From positions 11,569 through 75,568 of the forward strand of contig BOLA01000001.1 in assembly GCA_016861265.1 (NCBI GenBank): a stretch of DNA of 64,000 bases, in the 5' to 3' direction. Made by a program: the position numbers and the translations under genes. Below, in pieces: positions 41,399 to 51,695 of the stretch (the first letter of the stretch is position 1; each line of letters opens with the position of its first letter). Source of the DNA: Patescibacteria group bacterium (lineage in GTDB: Bacteria > Patescibacteriota > Dojkabacteria > J137). The notes under the pieces are model-generated. The model saw nothing but the letters and a program-made list of their open reading frames with translations. It had not been told where the DNA came from and did not search any database.

Positions 41399-42134
41399 GA
41401 TGAATCCTAATAATATAACTTCTAAATACTACAATCTTGTGAGTTCACCGCTTAAGGGTATTGATGTTACCGACGAAGAAATTGGTCTTATTAATAGATT
41501 AGTACCTAATGGCAGTAACATTTTAGATGTAGGCGCCGGAACAGGCAGACATTCTTTAATATTAAGTAAGTTAGGCTTTAATGTTACTGCCATTGATTCA
41601 AGTAGACCAATGTTAAATGAATTAAAAATTAGAGATGATAAAAAACTAATAAATGTAATCAATAAAAACATTTATAAATTTAATACTACAGATAAGTTTG
41701 ACCTTATAACCCTATTCTGGAATTCATTTAACGAAATAGCATTAACAAAGAACAATGCATTGCTACTGCTTAAGAACTTAAAACGTCTCCTAAAACCAAA
41801 TGGACAAATCCTTATAAACATTGATGATTCAAGTTCTATAGACCCTGCTGCATTCAATTTTGAGACTATAAAGTTTGACGGCGAATTAAAATACAAAATG
41901 AAGTGGACCACATCAAAATATTTTGCAAAGACTAATACCTCGGTTTCCAGAGAAGAAGTGGAAATTTACAAAGGAGATAAATTGCTTGATTCAAGAGTAA
42001 CATTTATTAAGCAAAGATATTGGTCTTTCTCAGAGATAGAATTGTTATGCCAAATTTGCAATTTGAAGGTAGAAAATTACAGTCTAAAGACTTCAAATGA
42101 ACTGTACCTGGTTTTAACTACTTTGAGTAAATAA
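41385..42134 (+). CDS. Class I SAM-dependent methyltransferase
   Basis: ILDVGAGTGRH, VTAIDSS, LKPNG. Confidence 0.9.
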   Translation: MSGTKMNPNNITSKYYNLVSSPLKGIDVTDEEIGLINRLVPNGSNILDVGAGTGRHSLILSKLGFNVTAIDSSRPMLNELKIRDDKKLINVINKNIYKFNTTDKFDLITLFWNSFNEIALTKNNALLLLKNLKRLLKPNGQILINIDDSSSIDPAAFNFETIKFDGELKYKMKWTTSKYFAKTNTSVSREEVEIYKGDKLLDSRVTFIKQRYWSFSEIELLCQICNLKVENYSLKTSNELYLVLTTLSK

Positions 42135-42876
42135 AGTGCATTAAACCAGTAATTACAATTGCTGCGGTTTCTGCTCGCAGTACTGGAGCATCAAAATGCA
42201 CAAATTCTAACTTCCATTTTTTTGCCCACTCGTGCTCCCTGGGTGAAAATCCTCCTTCAGGACCTACAACAAAAGCAATTTTCTTGCTTTTAGAATTTGC
42301 TTTGATCTTTGTTAAAGACTTAACTTCTAGTGACTCTGGTATTTTTTTTCTTGGAATGGTAAAGAAGTATACTCTATCGTAGTTCTTAAGTTCTGCACCC
42401 AATTCTTTGAATACTATTCCATTTTCAATTACAGGAACATCTATTCTTTCACTTTGCTTTGCTGCAGACATTGCAAGTTTATTCCATCTATCAAGCTTTC
42501 TTTCTACTACATCAACTTTTGTTTGAGAAAAATCACATTCCACCGGAATAATACTACTAACTCCTAGTTCTGTGGTTTTTTCAATAATGGTATCGAATTT
42601 GCCGGCCTTTAATAATCCCTGGAATAAAGTAAATCTTAATTTATCCGAATCCTCAAAGGTTTCTTTTAATAATTCTTCAAGTTTAACTAACACAACTTCC
42701 TTAGTAACAAGGGTTAAGATAGCAGAATATTCCCTTTCGCCATTGAACACTAAAATTCTATCACCTTTTTTAAGTCTTAGCACTTTTCTAATATGAATAA
42801 TATCTGTATCAGGCAGCTTCACTGAGCTGCCTATTCTTAGGTTTTTTCTTTCGGTAAAAAATCGATTTAATCTCAT
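42118..42876 (-). CDS. rsmE: 16S rRNA m3U1498 methyltransferase
   Basis: HIRKVLRL, KTTELGV, AAKQSER, VGPEGGFS, LRAETA. Confidence 0.95.
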   Translation of the reverse strand: MRLNRFFTERKNLRIGSSVKLPDTDIIHIRKVLRLKKGDRILVFNGEREYSAILTLVTKEVVLVKLEELLKETFEDSDKLRFTLFQGLLKAGKFDTIIEKTTELGVSSIIPVECDFSQTKVDVVERKLDRWNKLAMSAAKQSERIDVPVIENGIVFKELGAELKNYDRVYFFTIPRKKIPESLEVKSLTKIKANSKSKKIAFVVGPEGGFSPREHEWAKKWKLEFVHFDAPVLRAETAAIVITGLMHFIYSK

Positions 42877-42879
42877 ATA

Positions 42880-43548
42880 CTATTTATTTTGATTAGCCTC
42901 TGCTTGTTTTATATAGGCATCAATTTTAGCATCGAAATCATCGTATGTTGTCATTTTAAATAGTTTTCCATAAAAGAATACAGAAGGTGTAGATGGTGCT
43001 CCCATTATCTTTAAAGCATCTTCCTTTTGTTTTCTCATTTCTGCCTTAACCTCATCGCTAACTCTATCCTGGCTAAATTTAGTTAGGTCTAGTCCTAGGA
43101 ACTCTGCTAATCCATCAACACGTACTGCAGAAGATGCGAATAGAGCTTTCTCGTCTTCTGAATATGTAAATACATTATTGTTTGGAGATTTTGCAAAGGT
43201 AACCCATTTAAATAAACCTTCAGCGTACTCGTTACCCTTACCCTGTTTTGCTGCGGCTATTTGAGCGTAAGAATATTCAACAGAGGTATCCGGTGTTTGT
43301 CCTGAAGTTAAAAACGGAAGGTTCTTTAATTGAATATTGGCCTTTTCTCCATATTTTTCTCTTGCAGCTTTTACAGTAGGCTCAAAATCAGCACAGTGCG
43401 GACAGTTGAAATCCATATATACTTCTACCTGCACAGGTAGGGTTGCATCCGCCATGGACTGCGCATTCTTATTATTAGCAAGAAAAGCCAAAAAGCCAAC
43501 ACCTAGTACTACTACTAGAATCACCCAAACAAACGAAGGAATCTTCAT
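42880..43548 (-). CDS. DsbA-like thioredoxin-fold protein
   Basis: YMDFNCPHC, STPS cis-Pro motif, N-terminal anchor. Confidence 0.85.
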   Translation of the reverse strand: MKIPSFVWVILVVVLGVGFLAFLANNKNAQSMADATLPVQVEVYMDFNCPHCADFEPTVKAAREKYGEKANIQLKNLPFLTSGQTPDTSVEYSYAQIAAAKQGKGNEYAEGLFKWVTFAKSPNNNVFTYSEDEKALFASSAVRVDGLAEFLGLDLTKFSQDRVSDEVKAEMRKQKEDALKIMGAPSTPSVFFYGKLFKMTTYDDFDAKIDAYIKQAEANQNK

Positions 43549-43608
43549 ATTTAATTTTTTAAAATTTAAATTTTTTGAATATTAATAATTTTACTAGCAA
43601 ATTACCTT

Positions 43609-44757
43609 TTACAAAACTCTTTTATACTCCGAAATTAATAGGTCAATTACTGTAACCCATTTGTAATCGAAACTTTTAGCAATGCCATTTTTTCCTAATT
43701 TTATATATTTGTCTTTATTCAATTTAATCTCTTTAATATGCTCACTCCATTTATCAAACTCAAGTGGATCAATAATTTTACCAAAATCGTTATTTATAAT
43801 TTCGGGTGCGCCACCTTTATTTGTAGCTACTATATATTTGCCTTGGGTCATTGCTTCGACAAGAGTAATTCCAAAGGGTTCATACACACTAGGCAGTAAA
43901 AAGATATCTATAAAAGCATAAAAGCCCATTGAATTTTTCACATTAATGTATTTTTCGGTAAATAATACATTGTTGCAGTCTTTATATATTTCCTTCAGGT
44001 GCTCCAGATAACCACCATCTCCACCTGCAAATATAAATAAGCAGTCTTTATTATCCTCTGCAGACTTTAAAAGGTTTTGAATTCCCTTTACATAATCCAT
44101 TCTGCAAAGACACCCTAAAACCAACTTGTAGTCAGATTTATTTAATTTAAACTCCTTAATAAATATATTATCTGAATCCAATTCTTCAACCTGTTCAAAG
44201 TAATCATCCCTTATACCGTTTGGAATTACAGTTATTCTTTCAGGTTTTATATTTAAATATTCGCTTACAAATTCCTTTTCTGAGTTTAAAAGAGCAATGT
44301 ACGAATCAACCGCAAAGGAAAAGATTCTTAAAATTGAATCAAAGAACTTAACTCCTTTACTCAATCTTGCCTTTCGCTTGGAATCATCAACTACATAGGG
44401 ATTATGCCCTGTAATCACAAGTTTCTTACCTCTAAGTAGCTTAATAAATATTACGGGCAGCAGATGTGCATCGTGTGAATTATGTACATGAATTACATCA
44501 AATTTTGCTGTAAGCAAGTTAAGCACTAACAACGGCGAGAACCGAAAGAAATATCCAAATCCAAATAAGTACCTAAAGCGTTTTACATTTTTCTCCTTAG
44601 ATGCGTTAAGTCTTTTAGTACTCCCATGAGAAGCATCTGTTGTATAGACTTCTACATTAACCCCTCTTTTTGTTAAGTTGGTAAAAATTTCTTCTACCTG
44701 CCTTTCTACACCTCCAACAGAAGGTTTATAGAATGTTGAAAGCAAAATTATTTTCAT
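43609..44757 (-). CDS. Glycosyltransferase family 4
   Basis: GGVER, IPNGI, PSVYEPFGITLVEAM. Confidence 0.92.
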   Translation of the reverse strand: MKIILLSTFYKPSVGGVERQVEEIFTNLTKRGVNVEVYTTDASHGSTKRLNASKEKNVKRFRYLFGFGYFFRFSPLLVLNLLTAKFDVIHVHNSHDAHLLPVIFIKLLRGKKLVITGHNPYVVDDSKRKARLSKGVKFFDSILRIFSFAVDSYIALLNSEKEFVSEYLNIKPERITVIPNGIRDDYFEQVEELDSDNIFIKEFKLNKSDYKLVLGCLCRMDYVKGIQNLLKSAEDNKDCLFIFAGGDGGYLEHLKEIYKDCNNVLFTEKYINVKNSMGFYAFIDIFLLPSVYEPFGITLVEAMTQGKYIVATNKGGAPEIINNDFGKIIDPLEFDKWSEHIKEIKLNKDKYIKLGKNGIAKSFDYKWVTVIDLLISEYKRVL

Positions 44758-45887
44758 TTAAGAATATAGTTGTTGTGAATATAATTTATTAGCAACGTAA
44801 TAATTACTAGAATTGCTATCGAAGTATACATAAAAAACCTATATTTTTTAAATAATCCGTATTGATTAAGTTTGTAAAAATATGGCAGCAACAAAAATGG
44901 ATACACAGGAATTATAAATCTTAGGCCTAATATTACATCGGATAACTTACCTGGAAAGCTTTCATTCTTAAAAAGTGTATAAAAACAAAGTACACCCAGA
45001 ACCGTTAAAATAAATAATAAACGTCTTTTTATTTGGGTTCTAAAAAGTATTATTAACGAAAAAGGATAAAACATGTTTAATAACACAAAATATTTAAAGA
45101 AGATTGCGGGTATCTGTTCCCAAATAATTGAACCTTCTTCCGAAGAAAAATAATACCCCGATCTAAACATACCTCCATAATATATATAATTAAATATTAA
45201 AATGCTTACTATCCCCAATAAAAAGGTAATATGTACTATCCAAAATCTCTTCAAAAACACAGAAAGCCTTTCACCTTTTTGGTACTCATAAATAAAGTAC
45301 ATTCCAATGACTCCTATTGGAATAATATTCGTATAACGCACATAAAGAGCCAGTGTAATTAGTAGTCCAACTATAACTTTATAAGACCAGTTTCTGGATA
45401 TATTTAAGAAACAGTAGAAAATTGATAATAATAAGACCATTGAATACATTTCTGATAATACCGTTCTACTAAAGAACGTAAATGCAGGAAACAAAGCAAA
45501 AAAATAAATAAATCTTTTATCAATCCCATAAATTACAATTATTCTGTAAAAGATTATTATTCCTATAATAAATACAGTTAATGTTATAAATGCTGCCAAT
45601 TCTAAGGTCGTTAATGCTGCGGGTATAAGAAAAAATGATGTTCCTACATTATATTTAGATATGCAGTAACCAAGGTTAGTAGGCCACTGTCCAGGAATAT
45701 TAAGACTACAATCAGTTTTTAAGTCAGAAGTTACTATTAGTTGGGCATTATATAAGTAGTCATGTTCGTCAATTGTGACAAAGGTTCTTGGGTAAAATGC
45801 TAGAAAAGCCGGCAATACACACAATATAGAAAATATAAGGTGTTTTGCCGGCTTTAAGTAATTTATTATTTTTTGCATTTTAGTCAC
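44754..45887 (-). CDS. Polytopic GT-C-like glycosyltransferase
   Basis: DE motif after the first TM segment (IDEHDY), LSE, RY and RFIIP motifs; about 10 TM segments. Confidence 0.65.
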   Translation of the reverse strand: MTKMQKIINYLKPAKHLIFSILCVLPAFLAFYPRTFVTIDEHDYLYNAQLIVTSDLKTDCSLNIPGQWPTNLGYCISKYNVGTSFFLIPAALTTLELAAFITLTVFIIGIIIFYRIIVIYGIDKRFIYFFALFPAFTFFSRTVLSEMYSMVLLLSIFYCFLNISRNWSYKVIVGLLITLALYVRYTNIIPIGVIGMYFIYEYQKGERLSVFLKRFWIVHITFLLGIVSILIFNYIYYGGMFRSGYYFSSEEGSIIWEQIPAIFFKYFVLLNMFYPFSLIILFRTQIKRRLLFILTVLGVLCFYTLFKNESFPGKLSDVILGLRFIIPVYPFLLLPYFYKLNQYGLFKKYRFFMYTSIAILVIITLLINYIHNNYILK

Positions 45888-46272
45888 TTTCCTCTATTGG
45901 GAAAAGCACTGTACCAGTAGATTTTTCAATTATTTTAATGGCAAAAACAGGGCAAGATTGTGCACTCGCTAAGATAACCTCGTCTTCATCAAAATCATCA
46001 ACATCGTTTCTTAACTCTGCCTTATTTTCTTCATTCATAAAAAAGGTTAATGGTGCTATGGCCGCACACGATGCCGCACCAATACATTTATTAATATCAT
46101 ATTCGATAATATACTTACTTTTATCCGTGGTAGCTCTAAAAAGTCCTTCGGATATCTCCTCTATTTTAATTTTTTTTTGCATATCTGTTAAAGCCGGATT
46201 ATTGCTTACTGCTTGAAGTTTGGGCTGATTCGCGGTAGTATTATCTGCATTAGGATTACTGTCATTTTGCAT
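45880..46272 (-). CDS. Ferredoxin, single-cluster 3Fe-4S-like, with N-terminal extension
   Basis: CIGAASC...AQSCPVFAI (second Cys replaced by Ala). Confidence 0.85.
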   Translation of the reverse strand: MQNDSNPNADNTTANQPKLQAVSNNPALTDMQKKIKIEEISEGLFRATTDKSKYIIEYDINKCIGAASCAAIAPLTFFMNEENKAELRNDVDDFDEDEVILASAQSCPVFAIKIIEKSTGTVLFPIEESD

Positions 46273-46333
46273 AATATAAGATCTTTATCTAAGTATAGGT
46301 AAATATTAACATAAACACGAATACACTAAAATA

Positions 46334-47893
46334 ATGAGTAAAGAAAGAGCTTTTAACGATAGATTTTTGCAAAGAATATTAGAAATTATTCCAGGAGTTT
46401 TAATTTGGATTTTTCTTTTATCACCTCTCTGGTTAGGATTTTCGTTTCCGTATTTAATAATAAACATATTGGTTGTACTATCTGTTTATTGGGTTTACCG
46501 AGCTTTTATTCTTTCAGTTGGGACAGTTATTGGGTACTTTTTTGTATGGAGAGCATCAAAAAAGGATTGGCTTAAGGAATGCCAATCACTAGATAGAAAC
46601 CTTCTACCTGAGCCTGAGACATTACCTAAGGGTGGTGTATTGCCTAAACATTTAATAGTAATTGCAAACTATGGAGAAGAATATGATGTAATAAAAAGGT
46701 CTATAAATGCTCTTTTAGAGCAGAACTACCCAAAAGAACTTATATATTTAGCTGTTTCAATTGAAGAAAGAAGAGCAAAAAGAGATCTTGATTATGCTAA
46801 GAGAGGAGAATACCTTAAAAGAGATTTTGGCGAAGTTTTTGGAAACAGATTATTCTTTTTTGTTCACCCGGAAAACATTGATGGCGAAGCAATTGGAGCT
46901 GCCGCAAACAGAGCCTGGGGAACCAGAAAAAGTGTCGAATTACTTGAAGAGCAAGGTGAAAATATTAATGAATTCTTAATAACTGCACCGGATGGAGACT
47001 TGGTATTTAGCAGAGATTATTTAGCCTCACTTACATTTAGATGGCTAACAGTAGAAAAACGAAATCAAAAGTTTTACCAGACAGCTTTATACACTTTTAA
47101 TAATAACTATTGGGATGTTCCTATTCTTGTAAGAATATTAATGGTGGGTCTAACTCTTCCAGTACTATCCTCTTCGGTGCTGGAAAAGAATAAAAGAGAA
47201 ACATGGTCCTGCTTTACTCTCAATCTAGGAGTAATGAAAGCTGTAAATTACTGGGACACGTCCCTAGGAATTGACGATACGACTTTCTTCTGGAGACCTT
47301 ATTTCCATTTTAATGGAGATTGGAAGTGTGAAGTATTCTTTACACCATTAAGTGCGGATGCAGTTTACAATAAGAATTACTTTAGAAACCACATTGATCA
47401 ATACAAACAGTATGTACGTTGGGGTTGGGGTGTAATAACATTTCCTTTGGCTTTAAAACAATTGTTAAATAATAAAGACATTCCATTCATAGAAAGAGCC
47501 ACAAAAATTTATCATTTATTTGAGGTATTTATATTCTGGAAGGTTCTTGGTTTCTTAATTGCGTTCGGCATTCCAATTGTATTCCTTGTAAATTATGAAC
47601 TAAGTAGACAAGTAATTTCAATTACAGTTCCGCAGACTGTGTCTAACTTACTAACATTGGCTACTCTTTTTCTAATTCCAAACACTATAGTAAAGATTTT
47701 TATTATTCCAAAGAAACCGGCAAAAATGAGTTATCTTAAGTATATAGCTATATTAATAGCTGAAGTTCCTTTCAATATTATTTCTTTGTTTACATTCGGA
47801 TTTCTTCCATTTATTGAGTCCACAACAAGAATGATGTTGGGACAAGAACATACTAAAAGAGTAACATGGAGCGAAAAGCAACTTGTAAGATGA
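46334..47893 (+). CDS. Membrane glycosyltransferase family 2-like
   Basis: DGD, IDDT, QYVRWGWG (QxxRW); several TM segments. Confidence 0.85.
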   Translation: MSKERAFNDRFLQRILEIIPGVLIWIFLLSPLWLGFSFPYLIINILVVLSVYWVYRAFILSVGTVIGYFFVWRASKKDWLKECQSLDRNLLPEPETLPKGGVLPKHLIVIANYGEEYDVIKRSINALLEQNYPKELIYLAVSIEERRAKRDLDYAKRGEYLKRDFGEVFGNRLFFFVHPENIDGEAIGAAANRAWGTRKSVELLEEQGENINEFLITAPDGDLVFSRDYLASLTFRWLTVEKRNQKFYQTALYTFNNNYWDVPILVRILMVGLTLPVLSSSVLEKNKRETWSCFTLNLGVMKAVNYWDTSLGIDDTTFFWRPYFHFNGDWKCEVFFTPLSADAVYNKNYFRNHIDQYKQYVRWGWGVITFPLALKQLLNNKDIPFIERATKIYHLFEVFIFWKVLGFLIAFGIPIVFLVNYELSRQVISITVPQTVSNLLTLATLFLIPNTIVKIFIIPKKPAKMSYLKYIAILIAEVPFNIISLFTFGFLPFIESTTRMMLGQEHTKRVTWSEKQLVR

Positions 47894-47927
47894 AATTTAA
47901 GAGTTTTTGAACTACAATATCTAAAGT

Positions 47928-49367
47928 ATGACTAAATTCACTAAATCAATTATAAGAGTAATATTACCATTAGCATCGTTAGGTTTCTTCCTGATTGCCT
48001 CTGTGATCGTATTAATAATATCTCAAGGAAGAACAATAAACGAAGATGGAACTTTTGTTCAAACTGGTATTATTAGAATAAATTCAATTCCTACAGATAA
48101 TGTAAAGGCATATATAAACGATAACGAAGTAAGTTATTCAGAGTTCAGAATCACTAACATTACCCCGGGAATAGTTACATTAAAGCTAACAAAGGATGGT
48201 TACACGCCATGGGTAAAACAAGTAAAGGTTGAATCTGGTATTGTAAAAGATGTTTATGCACAGTTATATCCAAATACAATTCCTTTCACTAAGATTTCAA
48301 CTGTAAATGTTAATAAAACATTTTATTCATCTGATGGTCAATTTATTTATTATGTAATATTAAATGATTCATCCTTAGATGGAATCTGGAGGATAAAGCT
48401 TACTAGAAACTTGCTTGATTTCTCGAATTCTCAGCAAATTAGTCAAATTGTAAAATTCAATACTGAACAAAGAAATGAGCTTAAGGATTCTGAATATACT
48501 ATTGAAAGTTCGGTAGATAATAATAAGTTCATACTACACGTAGGAACAAATTACTATATTTACAATATTGCTGATACTTCAATTAGAACAAATCTAAATT
48601 TGACTCTAGGCTTTAATCCTGAAAATGTAAAATGGTTTAGAGACTCTCAATCCCTAATATTTACCCAAGATAATAAATACTCATTTGAATACGATTTAAC
48701 TGTAAAACAGATTTCCTTAATTGACTATAGCAGTGACTCATTATCAAATTTTGCAGTGTCTGCAAACAATGTGTATTTTTTAAAAAATAATAAGTTGATG
48801 GTCTATACAAATAAGTCTTCTCTGCCTTATGTGTTCAGTGACAAAATCAAGACTCTTCTACCAACAAAAATAAGTTCTGTGTATACGTCTTTCGAGAATC
48901 CTAATGTCTTAATACTTGATGCAGATGGAACCTTGCTATATGTTGATATTCAAAAAGATTTTATTGATGTAATTGATACAAACTCAACATTCTACAAGGC
49001 ATTAAGTAATGGAAGGCTCATAAATTACTTTAAAGACGACGAGCTGCATTCATTCTACGTTGAAGATAACTTTGCAGATAATCTGTTAGATACGTCTAAC
49101 TTTAACCTAGCCATCAAAAGATCTGCATTCACGAGCCTAGAATTTGCTTCCACAGGTAGAAACCTAATACTTTTCAGTAATAACAAGATTACATTAATGG
49201 ATTATGATGGGCTTAATGTAAATACAATACTAACTGAGTTCAACTTTATTGAAAATAAACTTCTATTTGCGAACAACAGCACCGAAATGTACGCATTAAT
49301 ACAAGAAAAGGACGAGATTGGAAATACTGTAAATAATATTTATAAATTTGAATTGAAGTTAAAATAA
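47928..49367 (+). CDS. PEGA-domain membrane-anchored protein with propeller-like region
   Basis: TGIIRINSIP...ITPG...LTKDGYTPWVKQV. Confidence 0.8.
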   Translation: MTKFTKSIIRVILPLASLGFFLIASVIVLIISQGRTINEDGTFVQTGIIRINSIPTDNVKAYINDNEVSYSEFRITNITPGIVTLKLTKDGYTPWVKQVKVESGIVKDVYAQLYPNTIPFTKISTVNVNKTFYSSDGQFIYYVILNDSSLDGIWRIKLTRNLLDFSNSQQISQIVKFNTEQRNELKDSEYTIESSVDNNKFILHVGTNYYIYNIADTSIRTNLNLTLGFNPENVKWFRDSQSLIFTQDNKYSFEYDLTVKQISLIDYSSDSLSNFAVSANNVYFLKNNKLMVYTNKSSLPYVFSDKIKTLLPTKISSVYTSFENPNVLILDADGTLLYVDIQKDFIDVIDTNSTFYKALSNGRLINYFKDDELHSFYVEDNFADNLLDTSNFNLAIKRSAFTSLEFASTGRNLILFSNNKITLMDYDGLNVNTILTEFNFIENKLLFANNSTEMYALIQEKDEIGNTVNNIYKFELKLK

Positions 49368-49395
49368 GGTCTTGTTTGAAATTAAGTGATATAAG

Positions 49396-49421
49396 AAAAG
49401 GAAGCTTAATGCTTCCTTTTT
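49396..49421. terminator. Bidirectional terminator
   Basis: AAAAGGAAGC-TTAAT-GCTTCCTTTTT between convergent genes. Confidence 0.8.
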
Positions 49422-49438
49422 ACTTGCCTAGAAATTAC

Positions 49439-51427
49439 TTAAATGAATAAGCCTTCTTCGTCATCTTCCTCTCTCAAATCAATAATTCTTCTTGGTGCTT
49501 TTACCTCTTTGGTTAGTAATGTTGAGTCTAATTCTTTAATTTTTGCTAATGCTTCTTCTGTTGTGGTACATACATTAACAAAGCTTAAATCAGTATCTGA
49601 TAATTTAAACATATTTTTTAGCTGACTAAGAATAGCTGTCCACCCCTTACCTAATAAAATAATTGGCTTATTTTGACCAGGGTACATACTGCTAGTAGAC
49701 CAAACTTCGAATAGAATACCTAGATTATTCAATCCAAAAACTTCTGGCATTATCAACAGATCGGATTCTTTAATAATATTTTTAATTTTATCTGCAGTAT
49801 TTGAGAACATCATTACAGTAAAATTATCGTAGTCACCTAGATCAGCTTCGTCTGAATATTCTGAATGAAATGGCTTTAGATACATTCCAGTAAGATCAAT
49901 TCCTCTTTCCTTAGCACTTTCAAAGACACTCTTAGCATATCCTTTTGCTGAATCAATAATAAATACTTCTGAAAACTCAGAAAGTCTCTTAGAAAGTTCA
50001 GTAATTTTTTCAACAACTTTAGAATTTGGTTGAGAATTTAGACCAATAAAACCTACAGTTTTAAAATAGGACATTTCAAAGTTAATTGGGGTAACTGTTG
50101 CCGTTGGAGCTGCTTCAGCTGCAGCCTCTGCTGCAGGAATTACAACTGGATTTTCATTAGCCTCAATTAAAGTTGCTGCCTGCTCTGTTACTGTTTCTGA
50201 AACATTTTCTACAGTAGTAGGTACAGGCATATTTAGGTCCGTTGTAGTTATAGGCTCAGCTGAGATTTCTTCAACACTTTGATTTGTGGAATCTAATTCA
50301 TCCATTAATGGTGGTGCAACTTGCATTCCTGTCTCAAACGTAGGAACGGAAGGCATTTGCTCTGCAGAAACTGAATTTTCAGCTGAAGCTGTAACTTCTG
50401 TATTGTTTTCCGGCCCGTTCACTTCTGCAACTGACTGCATTGTATCGGTCTGAGAATTCTGTTCAGATGGCAAGGTAGACTCTCCAACACCAATTTCTAA
50501 TCCAGATAAATTATTAGTAGTCTCAGGTTCGGTTTTTACCTCTTCTGTAACTACATTGTTTTGTATTTCTGTAACCGGAAGTTCCGCATTATTTGTCGTG
50601 CTATTAAGTCCATTTACTTCTGTTGTAGTATTAGTCATTGAATTTTCAGTTGGAATATCTAAAGACTGTGTATTTGTTTCTAGTGGTTCTACGGGAAGAG
50701 TTCCAACAAGACTGTTAGAACTCATTTGTGAATCAATTGAATTATTTGAAAAGTTATTAATTACTTCTGGCTGAGGCTCATTAATAATTGAATTTGCAGT
50801 GTCTTGATCGGGTACAGGTAAATTGTTCTGCTCTCCTGTTGGGTTCTGAACATCTGTAGTTGGCTCCACCTGTGTATTATCTGCTTCTTCAGAAACAGTT
50901 TGTTCTGGTGCATTAGTTACAGGTTCAAATGTTGTAACTTTAATGCCTTCAGGCATTGTCTCTGTATGACCTTGATGAGGCTTAACTTCTGGTAAAACAG
51001 GATGTTTACTTGGATCAACATACTCGTAAGAAGGAACGTCCTTTTCTTCGGTTTGAGTCGGTTGTGTGGCCTGTGGCATTTGCAAATCAGGTACCGTAGG
51101 TGTATTAACAGTAGGCATATTCGTTGCTGCCATATCCATAACTGGTGCAGGTGCTACGGCATTCTGTGGCTCCATGGAAGGTACTGCCAAATTCTGTAAT
51201 CCAGGATATTGCTGGGCTTGATCCTGAGTTACATTAGCCTGTGGCACTATAGGTGCAGGATTAGTTGCATAAGGCGATGGATTAGCCATCGGGTAAGAAA
51301 CATTCGCCAAAGATTGGTTAGTATAACTTTGCTGAATGCTTGCGAAATCAGGTACGGCAGGTGGATTAACGTTATCTCCTTGTGGATTCGTTGTTCCGCC
51401 TTTTTGGAAAAAGTCTAGCAATCCCAT
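49439..51427 (-). CDS. Long acidic low-complexity region fused to a degenerate LOG/SLOG-like domain
   Basis: About 450 aa rich in P/T/E/N/Q; C-terminal ESDLLIMPEVFGLNNLGILFEVW...KPIILLGKGW. Confidence 0.7.
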   Translation of the reverse strand: MGLLDFFQKGGTTNPQGDNVNPPAVPDFASIQQSYTNQSLANVSYPMANPSPYATNPAPIVPQANVTQDQAQQYPGLQNLAVPSMEPQNAVAPAPVMDMAATNMPTVNTPTVPDLQMPQATQPTQTEEKDVPSYEYVDPSKHPVLPEVKPHQGHTETMPEGIKVTTFEPVTNAPEQTVSEEADNTQVEPTTDVQNPTGEQNNLPVPDQDTANSIINEPQPEVINNFSNNSIDSQMSSNSLVGTLPVEPLETNTQSLDIPTENSMTNTTTEVNGLNSTTNNAELPVTEIQNNVVTEEVKTEPETTNNLSGLEIGVGESTLPSEQNSQTDTMQSVAEVNGPENNTEVTASAENSVSAEQMPSVPTFETGMQVAPPLMDELDSTNQSVEEISAEPITTTDLNMPVPTTVENVSETVTEQAATLIEANENPVVIPAAEAAAEAAPTATVTPINFEMSYFKTVGFIGLNSQPNSKVVEKITELSKRLSEFSEVFIIDSAKGYAKSVFESAKERGIDLTGMYLKPFHSEYSDEADLGDYDNFTVMMFSNTADKIKNIIKESDLLIMPEVFGLNNLGILFEVWSTSSMYPGQNKPIILLGKGWTAILSQLKNMFKLSDTDLSFVNVCTTTEEALAKIKELDSTLLTKEVKAPRRIIDLREEDDEEGLFI

Positions 51428-51695
51428 ATTTAAAACATAATAAGTACAACAATACTTAATAAGAATACAGAATATTTTTGTTCATTACAAGGCGTACAAT
51501 ATGCATGCCCTAGTCAAGACAGATTGAATGTTGCAATAAATACCTTACAACAATCAGTATTGGTATAAGCTTTTGTAACTTTGATTATTTCAGTGTTTAG
51601 CACCACACGTTAGTTATATTTCGTCTGAATTAAGTTATATACTGTAAAAACTTAACTGCTTAAGTTAAAATTCAAAGTATTAATAAATTAAATCC

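Noticed and set aside
51430-51695. Gln/Asn leader attenuator before gatA
   Set aside because: No cognate-codon uORF or GC-rich terminator found
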